Source: Octopus bimaculoides
Taxonomy: Eukaryota
Direction of reading: 5' to 3'
Length of the DNA: 64,000 nucleotides
Assembly: GCF_001194135.2 (NCBI RefSeq)
Contig: NC_068982.1
Coordinates: 179,771,734 to 179,835,733 of the forward strand
Part shown: piece by piece, positions 39,701-50,160 of the stretch
Position numbering within the stretch: the first letter of the stretch is position 1
Layout of the letters: each line of letters starts with the position of its first letter
Position numbers and translations under genes: made by a program
Notes under the pieces: generated by a model
Told to the model about the DNA's origin: nothing
The model's database searches: none
What the model saw: the letters and a program-made list of their open reading frames with translations, nothing else

Positions 39701-42700
39701 TAATTTAATTTTCAGCTTGCACCAAACAATATCAGAGATGCAGTTGAGATTTTCAAAATAATAAACTATGTAATTACAGCATGCAAAATAGACACAGGTT
39801 CGATTTCAACCCAAACTTATAATGGTAACCAGATTATCTTAGATTGGTTTCAAAAATATTTTTTTTTAATAAAACAAACTCAGAAATATATTTTATTACT
39901 TTCACAAACAATGGAAATAATAAAATTAAAGACATTCATAAAACATTTAACTTTAGAGCGGAATGAAAAGCTTAATCAGATAAAATTTAGTATTGAGGTG
40001 ACAGCAGTATTACATACTCATGAATTTATTTCAGTTTTTATAATGATAATAGAGGTACTTCAGCCACTGGTTGAACAAGAAACTCTCAGTTAAATGGGAA
40101 GCACTGCCATAGAAAATGACCAAAAAATAATGGAAAGGTTTTTCTCGTTTCAGTTTAGATTTCTGAATTATACGAGTTTTCTAGGAACATTTTCATGAAA
40201 TAATCTATAGTAAAAAAAAAAATCTCTAACAGCATCAGAGAGTATTTAAACAAAAAGAAAATATTGGAAGGTAATAAAAGCAACAAAATAAAATAGGTAT
40301 GTTAAGAAACATCTTCAGAAATATTAAGCTATCACAGTTGAATGATGTGGAAAAAAATGTTAAAGTCAACTGTGTATCAGATACAGCAGTTATATAGACT
40401 TAAAGCTGCATGTTCTTGATTTAAAACTAAAATCAATAAATAATGCAAGCAATTGCATTTTTTTCCCTTGCTTTCAGACTTAAGATAGCAACCAAATTAA
40501 ATTTTCCATAAATTTTTCTTTTACATTAAGGTAATCAATAAAACTTTTCTTCATGTTAAATAGAGTTTTTAACCCCGATTCATTATCAATCAGTTTTTCT
40601 GAAATTTTATCTCTAAAGGAACAACACTCAACTGCAATTTTTATCATTCAACAGTGCTGATAGATTTACATATATTTCAACTGAGTCATTATATTTTCTC
40701 ATCAATAATTTGAAAGTGTTCAGACGCAAGTCCCATACCTTCAATTATAATCATAAAAACAATTTTGTTCTAATTCTTTCACTGGGGCTTCACATTTAGA
40801 CACTATTGTTATAAACTTATTTCTTGTTTAATCTAGAAAGCAGTATAAAGACAGTCGATACTTTTGAAAGTAGGAACATCCTTAAGCTCCATTCCAAGTA
40901 TAATGCAACATTTAAACAAAAAAAAAAAAAAAAAATTCCAGAATGAAAGAAAAAAATCTATGCCTTAATGGAATCTCATCCATAACGTTAGAACAATACA
41001 AACCTAAATTTAGACATTTTTCTGTTGCTTTAAATGTGCTAAGAAATATAAACAAAGAATATACCAACCACTGATAGGCACCATATTTCTGAATTGATGA
41101 CCAAAGACATAATACTTTCACAAACAATTTCATATTAGTATTAATTTGATAAACTATTCACTTTAATCTTAACTGACTTAACACTACATTCTTAATTCAA
41201 AGTATTCTATAAAATTAAACTTTAAAGTAATCTAATCCATTTAGAACAATATTCATTAATAAATAAAATCGAAGAGAAAGACACTACAAACAGAGAAATC
41301 AGTTAATCAGTTAGCAATTTATTGATATTAATGTTAGATTTAAAACACAAGTGGAATTGTGAGTTAATCGCATTTTCTCCTGTTTCTATGATGCTGGCAA
41401 GATGCTAACAGAAATCATACTGATGCAAGATTATAATCAATAGATCAGCAAAAACAAAAACAAAAAGCACAAAAGAATTTATCAGCAAGAGTTGAATAGC
41501 TAATTAGCCTATATAATGGTAGCAAGTTAAATGATAGCTAGAATCTCAAAGGAACTTCTTGTTTAATGAAACCCAAAACCAGATTTTTGGTGAAAAGATC
41601 AAATGTTTTCTTTCTACGGAGTACAGCATAAAGATGAAATGGGAAGAAAAATGCAAGTAAACCATACAATGGCTCAGTACAAGATTTTGTATTCATTTTA
41701 TTAGAGAAAAAAAAAATTCTAAAGCTTGTGTTGGGTTGTGTCAGAATTTTTGATGCTGATAAATGCAGTAATAGTCTATTGAAGTAACCATACAATATTA
41801 CTGGTTCTGATTTTATTTGCCCTACCACATTATGATGAAAGGCACATAACTAAATATAGAAAATTAACTTTGAGGGATTACTCTAATATAAATGCAAAAA
41901 CTAATTTCTGTGCAGTGTGTCACACTTAGACTCCCCCCTCTCTCTCACTTTTCATTGACACTTCTACTATTGCTCATACGGGGGTGAGAGTAATAGCAGG
42001 CATAGACGGTGAGGGTGGTGACGAAGACAGAGAGAGAGCGAAAGAAAGACAAAAAAATTTAGGGATAGTTGATGTTTTGATTAAAAGTAATAGTGTTCAT
42101 GGTGGAAGTGGGAGTAATAAGAGAGAAAGAGTGGGTATGTGAGAGAAAAGGGGGATGAACACTGAACCAACATACTGAATGATGGTAATAGTAATAGTAT
42201 GAGCTGTAGTTGTGATAGAGGCAGAGGTGGCAATGATGGTGGAGGTAACCGAGGCAGTCAGGGATGATGGCAAGAGTAAGTGATGTGAAAGACAGTGGTA
42301 ATGGTGGTGGAAGGAAAGGCAGCGAAGTCAAAGGTATTAACGGTGGTGGCATCAGAAGTCCGAATTGTGTGTGTATGGCAGATGTAGTGGCACTGTTGTT
42401 TATCATACAGCTTTGCAATAATTTCCAAGTTGATAAATTACATTGTTTTGATGAAAATTGTTAATTGCTTGAAAAATATTGTTCAAGTTTAATAAAATTT
42501 AATATGTACTCAATGCATGAAGTGTCATTGTTGAGCCCATGGCCCAGTGAAGAGCCCTCACAGGAGCTAGCTTAAAAGTCACCCTATCGGGCAGCTTTTA
42601 AGCGAGTTAATAATAGTTTTAAAATATCTGCCCTTTGGGGGAAGCATTGAGATTTTTTTTCTTCTGAATATTTGGTTTTTTTTTACAGCTAAGATACAAA

Positions 42701-43543
42701 AATGGAGTTAAGAATTTTTGTGGCACACACCATTACTTCAGTACTGCAATGCATTTAAGCAATTAGCACTGAAAGTAGTATCAATGAACAAGTTAATAAA
42801 ACCATAATGGAAAAATGTATAGGATGGTAATGCCATCCATTTTAGACTTATCAAAAGTATATCAAATGTAAGCTTTTAATCAGAAACATCTTATGTAAAT
42901 TAGTTGCAAACCAACATGGTAAAATTCCCTGTCGATTCAAAAACCACTGACTACCATAGTAGGAAACTCAATATTTTTATAGAAATTTATAAAAATAACT
43001 TCCTAAAAACTTAGTGAAAGAGCAAATAAAATGTTGATGGAAAATCAAATTAAATGAGGAAACCCATATTTTTGTTACAAATACTTGTGTTCTTGGAGTA
43101 GTTTTCAAAAGTGAAAACCTTTCTGACAACTATCAATGGCAGGAAGACAAGACCAAATACATGGAACAACTACAACAGGTTGTTGTTCTGGTTGTTTTAC
43201 GTGTAGGTCAATATTGATCCAGCAGAGCTACTATCAAAGGTGTTCCAGCCATGAACATAAGACAGTTAGCTGGGTGTAGTTTGAGAGGAATCTGGTTGAG
43301 AGGCTTCCTTGCTATTTGAAGATGTAGTAGGTCTTGAAATAGAGAAATAACTTAACAAAACAATAAAAAAAATCAATAAAGGTTTTCACAATGACATCAA
43401 AAGCAATGTTTTTTTTTCTTTTTTATAAATGAAAACAAATTAAATTCCATCATGCAAACTGTGAACCAAACGTAATACAAATGAGATGGGTTAAGTGTGA
43501 ATCAGACATTTTGTAACTATCCATATACTGTGTGGGCTTTTAA

Positions 43544-43678
43544 CCCTTTTGATACCAAGCTAAAATTTCATTTTAATATATGTTCCAAATACCCGCTTAA
43601 TAACAAAATTATTTTACTAAATTCTCCCTTGTTTCCAAAATTAATAATAACAGTAAAAGAAATATGGTAACAAAAAGA
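43544..43678. mobile_element. piggyBac-like MITE (second family)
   Basis: TTAA-CCCTTTTGATACC ... GGTAACAAAAAGA-TTAA; a partial copy also lies at 28870-28965. Confidence 0.7.
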
Positions 43679-44541
43679 TTAAAATAGGTATATTGTATTC
43701 TGGATGTAGTAAGAAACATGAGATGAAAAGCATCCAGTCGTAAAATACTGCTTCAAAATTTCTCACAACCTTTGCTCATATGGAAAACCAGACATAAAAA
43801 TAATCATGGTGATGAAGCATATTCATGAGGAAATTTAATATATAATATCAAATCTTGTCATGAATATTTTGAACTTTACTGAGGAAAATAAATACACCAT
43901 TTCAGTAAATGATATTCTATCATTTCTATAAATTATAAATGGTGTATTTTAAGAATGATAACGAGGAAATAATACTGTCAGCATCAGAAGTACTATATTA
44001 GCTTAAAGATGTCTGAAATGACGGTTGGTTGAAATGCCTGGACACAATCAGAGCATTACATGACATCTTCCAAAACATTTGAATTAGAATCTTTTCTCAT
44101 AGCAGAAAACATTTGGAAGTGACCAGTTATTTATAAAAATTTAATTAAGCTTTAGCAATTACTTAGCAACATTTTTTCAAAAATAGTCGTTATCATCATC
44201 ATTTAATATCTATTTTCCATGCTTGGCAGAAGACTGCACCAGGCTTCATTGTCTGCTTTGGCAAGGTTTCTATATCTAGATGCCCTTCCTAACACCAACC
44301 ACCTTACAGGGTTGATATAATATCTTATTACAATCAGAATACAAAGCAATCTTGCAAAGTTCCCAAAATTAAAAAGCTACCCTAAAGTTGTTTATTGAGG
44401 CAAGAGAATAGCTTAAATATATGAGTTCAGTTAAAATAATAGTACTGTGAGAAAACAATGAAGAAAACAATTTTTTATTGAAATTTTTTAGCTCTCCATT
44501 TCTGGTCTTTTCAAAAAATCCATCCATGTCTACAGTTTTAA

Positions 44542-44692
44542 CCCTTTTAATACCAATGCATCTCAGACAATCCCTACTTCTGATACAAACTTCCAATTTT
44601 TAAGTCATCTAAATTAAAATCTTCCATCAAAATTTCATGCTGATTTATGTTCCAATGGCAAAGTCATTTTACAAAATATGACAACAAAAGGG
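44542..44692. mobile_element. piggyBac-like MITE (second family)
   Basis: TTAA TSD on both sides (44538-44541, 44693-44696) and TIR CCCTTTT...AAAAGGG. Confidence 0.85.
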
Positions 44693-44919
44693 TTAAATGA
44701 CTTGGATCAGGAAGTTTAGATTTCCTCAGACAGCAGAAAGAGCAACCAACTCTACTCTACAGTCATACAAAAGAAATCAAAGACAATGTAGATATTACTG
44801 GCTGAATAAAATATAGGATGGTCACAGCTGGAACACTTCATAAGTCTCACCAACTGCAAATATAAGTAAAGTTTTGTCTTTCACAACAATATCGTTTCTA
44901 TCAATATTGTGAAAGAAAT

Positions 44920-45133
44920 CAAGGTGGCAAGTTAGCAGAATCATTAGCACAGTCCAAAACTCTTGGTGATATTTCGTCTGTCTTTATATTCTGAGCTCAA
45001 ATTCCATCGAGGTCAATTTTGCCCTCCATCCTTTTGTGGTCAATAAGATAAGTACCAGTTGAACACTGGGGTTGATGTAATCAACTTATTCCCTCCCACA
45101 AAATAGCTGGCCTTGAGCCAAAATTTCAAATTC
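44920..45133 (+). mobile_element. tRNA-derived SINE, family D, with 15-bp TSD
   Basis: Head aaggtggcaagttagcaga..., core ccatccttttgtggtcaataagataagtaccag; atattgtgaaagaaa at 44904-44918 and 45134-45148. Confidence 0.85.
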
Positions 45134-45699
45134 ATATTGTGAAAGAAACCTGACCTGGTGCCAATTTTTGAAACCAATATTGTAAAAGAAATCATTGCAC
45201 TTGTACTCCAGAATTACAGGAAATCAAATATCTGATGATAGAAACTCCGACTGTGATTTTTATTATTTTACTGCAGCTCCTCCGAGCTGAGCATTTTTAA
45301 AAGTAAATTCGTATTGGGGAATAATAATAGCTTCTTAGGACATTTGATCTCTAAAAGATGTTCATTTTTATAGGTCATTGTAATCAAATCTACCTACAAA
45401 TATCCAAAAGTTCTACAATGCTATTAAATTTACAAAGGCAAAGAAAAGTACATTGTCTTAACCAAAAAACTACCTTATATATTGAACAAACAACTCAGCC
45501 TGGCTTTCACAGAGGTTTACAAAAAAAAACTGAGACTGTATGAACAGTAACTTTTGTTTACAATGACCAAACATGTCAAGACTAGCAGTATGCACATTCC
45601 CTCAGATACGTATGTAGATAAATACACAAATACACACACACACACATATATGCACACACACACACATATGTACAGAGAGAGAGAGAGGTAGACATTAAA

Positions 45700-45858
45700 T
45701 GGAGTAGCTGTGTGGTAAGAAGCTTGCTTCCCAACCACATCGTTCTGGGTTCAGTTCCACTATGTGACACCTTGGGCAAATGTCTTCTATAGCCTCAGGC
45801 CAACCAAAGCCTTGTGAGTGGATTTGGGAGACAAAAACTGAAAGAAGCCTGTCGTGTT

Positions 45859-45917
<59 letters not shown>

Positions 45918-46110
45918 TTGTGTGTCCGTGTTTGTCCCGCCACCATCACTTGACAACTGATGTTGGTGTGTTTACATCTCCATTATCTAGCAGTTCAGCA
46001 AAAGAGTGATAGAATAAGTACTAGACTTACAAAGAACAAGTCCTGGGGGCAATTTGTTTGACTAAAAGCGGTGCCCCAGCATGGCCACAGTCAAAATGAC
46101 AAAAGAATAC
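45700..46110 (+). mobile_element. tRNA-derived SINE, family A, full length with internal (TA)n
   Basis: gtagctgtgtggtaagaagcttgcttcccaaccac...gggttcagttcc...gaaagaagcc...agaataagtactagacttacaaag...cagcatggccacagtc. Confidence 0.9.
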
Positions 46111-46579
46111 ACACACACAAACATGCACAGAAAAGCACATATGCAAATGATCGTCTACTTTCACTTTCTGCTTAGCACAAGCCATAAGTCAACCCATAAC
46201 AAAACTAGTAGACACTAGCTGATAGTGTCCAAGCAATATGGATGAACCATAAGCCAGATCAGTCTAAAGTGAAGATTTTGACAATGCTGGCTCAGATGCA
46301 CTTGTATGTATGACTATGTAGATCATCATCTTTAACATCCACTTTTCCAAGCTTGCATAGGTTGCACGAAGTTTGCTGAAGCAGATTTTCTATGGTCAGG
46401 TGCCCTCCCTGTTACCAATCCTCACCTGCTTCCAAGAAAGGTAGTATTTTAATCATGGCCAAGCATGCTTCAACAATATAGTGGAAATGACAAACATTGC
46501 TTGAATGCCAATGGTACACATTCATAACTATCATATGACAAGACAAGAAGACAAACATACAAACACTCTCACACAAACA

Positions 46580-46742
46580 CACACGGCTGGCTTTTTTCAG
46601 CTTCAGACAACTAAATCTACTTGCAAGGCTTTAATTAGACATGGGTATAATATAGTCAAAGACACTTGCCAAATGTGTCATGCAGTGGGACTGAACCTGA
46701 AGCCAGATGCCTGGAAAGCAAACTTCATAACCGCATAGTCAC
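46580..46742 (-). mobile_element. Family A SINE head/body, diverged
   Basis: Inverted relative to the 45700 copy. Confidence 0.75.
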
Positions 46743-46839
46743 ATAGCACATATGTGTGCGTGTGTGTATGCACACAGACTACACGAGTCAATACATTTCT
46801 TTTTTCACATGCATCTCTATATACGTATTCTTTTCTACC

Positions 46840-47045
46840 CTAGGCAAAAGACCCAAAATTTTGGGGGAGGGGGCCAGGCGATTAGATTGACCCCAGTATG
46901 CAACTGGTACTTAATTTATGGACCCCAAAAGGATGAACGGCAAAGTCGACCTCAGCAGAATTTGAACTCAAAACGTGAAGACAGATGAAATATCACTAAG
47001 CATTTCGCCTGGTGTGCTAACATTTCTGCCAGCTCACCGCCTTCT
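46840..47045 (-). mobile_element. Family D SINE
   Basis: aactggtactt...gacccc.aaaggatgaa.ggcaaagtcgacctc.gc.gaatttgaactca...gctaacatttctgccagctcaccgcctt. Confidence 0.9.
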
Positions 47046-47081
47046 ATACATGTCTACATATTAAGCAAGCGTGTGTGTGTG

Positions 47082-47143
<62 letters not shown>

Positions 47144-47159
47144 GGCAGGCGGAGAGAAA

Positions 47160-47208
<49 letters not shown>

Positions 47209-47322
47209 TATATATAGAAATGTATATCATCATCCTTAATACATACTCTTAAACAAATACATACACAAACCATCACCTCCACTGAACCACCAAATTATTT
47301 CTCATGCAGGGTGCCTGTCCAT

Positions 47323-47365
<43 letters not shown>

Positions 47366-47676
47366 ATGCTATTGTGTGCTTGTTTTGACATCATGTGATA
47401 GATGTAAACAAGTGTCACTGTCATGAGAGTGGTGTCATTCATGTCCTATCTTCTTTGAAAACGTGTCTAGACATGAAATATTCCCTTACTTGGTAACAGG
47501 TGAGGTTTACCAACAGGGTTATAAAAAATTCTCTCACAAGACTTCAGTCAAGCGAAGTAGGACTATAATAGAGGACATTTTGCACAAGGTGTCGCATAGT
47601 GGGACGAAACTCAAGACAACATGGTTGGGGAGTAAGCTTCTTAACCACACAATAACACTGATACATATAACTATGT

Positions 47677-47740
<64 letters not shown>

Positions 47741-47799
47741 ACATAAAGGGTGCATAAAACAAACTTACTATAGCTTTTTCTGCTGCATTCAGTACTGCC

Positions 47800-47965
47800 A
47801 CTAAACCATATGGACATATATCTACATATGTGTGCATCTATGTATATATGTGTGTGTGTTCGTGTGTATACATATGCATCTACGCAAACAAGCATGTTTA
47901 TATACACATACATATTTGCATACATGTATATATATATTTATATATATACACACACATATATGCAT

Positions 47966-47997
<32 letters not shown>

Positions 47998-48200
47998 ATA
48001 AATATATATATACATACATATGCATATATAGATATGCATACGTATATATGCATACATATGTACAAACATATGCATACATATGTACAAACATATATATGCA
48101 TACATAGGTATATATACATATACACATATATATATACACACACATGTATCCACATATATAAACACACAAACATACATATACACACATACACATGAAAACC
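47800..48200. repeat. Degenerate (TA)/(CA)/(TATG) low-complexity tract
   Basis: Direct reading; similar tract at ~62000-63180. Confidence 0.95.
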
Positions 48201-48344
48201 TATACATATATACAGATAGAAATGTGTGTGTGTAAATATATATTTAATAAAAAAGATATATATATATATATAGTTAAGGTTATTTCTACAGATATTCTAT
48301 AGACATTATAGTCAGCACTGATTTTTGCTACGTTTCGTATCAAG

Positions 48345-49055
48345 ACATGTATAAGACATGTCAAGCTAAGTAAAATTGCTGTCTTCCACACATACATGCT
48401 TGTCCTTTCAGGTGTCAGTGCCCCATAAAAAAATCACCTGTGCCAGTGGCATGTATAAAGCATCCAGCACTCTGTCAAGTGGCTGGCATTCGGAAGGGCA
48501 TCCAGCTGCCACAACAGACAATTGGAGTCTAGACAGCTCCCACCTGGCCAGCTCCATGTTAAACCATCCAATGAATGCCAGCATGGAAAATATGCTAAAT
48601 GATGATGATGATACATATACAATGATATATAGGATATGTATAAATGTGCTGGTATGGCCATGTGATGCATATGGAAAAAGACAGCTGTGTTAAGAAGTGT
48701 TGTGGAGGGAACCTGTGGAAGAGATAGACCCAGGAAGATGTGGGATTAGATGGTGAAATTTGATCTTCAGAAGCTGAGTCTCATGGAGGCAATGACAAGT
48801 GACTAAAGCTTTTTGGTGATCTGCTGTGCTTCAGAAGACATGTCAAGCTAAGTGAAATTGTAGTCATGGCCAGTGCTGGTGACACGTAAAAAGTATTCTG
48901 TTCACTCTGTGAGTGGTTGGCATTAGGAAGGGCATCCAGCCATAAAAAAACAAGCCAAAACAGACTAGAGACTGGTGCAGCTCTCTGGCTTACCAGTTCC
49001 AGTCAATCCATTCAACACATGCCAGCAAGAAAAACGGATACTTCATGATGATGTA
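48345..49055 (+). mobile_element. Two tandem 5'-truncated RTE-clade LINE 3' ends
   Basis: 48645-48850 translates with frameshifts to WYGHVM...DSCVKKC..VEGTCGR.RPRK.WD.MVK.DLQKLSLMEAMTSD...W..AVL.KTCQAK*, then the 3' UTR shared with family B and a (GAT)n tail; the first copy starts at aagacatgtcaagctaagt. Confidence 0.85.
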
Positions 49056-49129
49056 ATATAGATAGACAGATGTATACAGATATACATAAACCTTACATAG
49101 TTTAGCCAGGAACTATGGTCATGTTATGG

Positions 49130-50160
49130 CACTGCTATTAGTATGATAGCTAATATATTTCAAGCTCACTTTCTTGATTATCTCTCCAGGCTTGAGGTGA
49201 ACCAGTTAGTTGCACAAAGTTACTCATATTTGCATTTTTTGCCATGGTATGTTTCTCTGGTATTGCAGATAAAAATTTGTCAATGTTTTTTGAACACATC
49301 ATCTCACAGATCTGAGGTTTTTTCAGTATAAAAAATGGTGGGCACTTGAACTGTGCTGGGTCCTTAGATACTATGCAGTAGCATCTTGTTTGGGTGCTGG
49401 TATAGCTTTCAATCCCAGTTAGATATTAGACTTCCCAGGGTCTATATTGATATCACTGCCTATTTTTCCTGTTTCCTATTTAGGAAATAGAGCTTCAGTT
49501 CTTTAAACCTCTCCAAAGAGACTGTCTGTTGCATTGAGACAATCTTCCTGGTGTAGAAGCATTGGATCGCCTTGAGCCCCAGTTAATTTGACTCATATGT
49601 GACAACCATAACTGGGAGTAGTCAAGGCAACTGAGAACAAAAGTTCTCTATAGTATCAACATGGTTTCCTTTTTCTTTTCAGAATCCAACAAGCCACTTG
49701 CCTGCACATTGGTACCATCTAGTAATGTGCATATGGAATGTCGAATCATTACTTATATGGATTCCTTAAGTCATGCACCAACTCTGACTCCAGGGCTGCA
49801 ATACTCTTTGGTCTTATGCATTCTGGTTGCAATTTGTTTGCAGGTTGATAGTAAAGCACTTGAAGTTTATCAGCACAGAACTGCATGTTTTCTTCAGCCC
49901 ACTAGTATATTGTGTCCAGGTCTTTCTGTAATTTCAAGTCATCATCAGGGTCTTTGATTGCCAGAGATACTTTTGTATCATCAAACACAGCTGGTAAGAG
50001 TGGCTGACTGTGTGACTGAGGGCATATCTGAGGGAGCCACCTGGGAGGGTAGTGATCCCAGTACAGTTCCCATAAGAAATGCTTAGAAATGATGTCTCCT
50101 CAGAGAGAGCACTATAGGCTAAAAATGTCTTACTTCTACCTTCTAAAAAGTTGTGTTGCT
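49130..50160 (-). mobile_element. CR1/Jockey-group LINE reverse transcriptase fossil
   Basis: Remnants DDTKVSLAIKDPDDDLKLQKDLDTIY*WAEE.MQF.ADKLQVL; ETMLILYRTFVLSCLDYSQLW; RFKELKLY; many stops and frameshifts. Confidence 0.85.

Noticed and set aside
42059-42418. 119-aa Pro/His-rich minus-strand ORF
   Set aside because: Built from (CCA)/(CAT)/(TAC) low-complexity tracts with a TTG start and no domain.
45231-45255. CTGATGA...GAAAC second hammerhead-like motif
   Set aside because: Only 2 nt between the boxes (no stem II) and no cleavage triplet or stem I.
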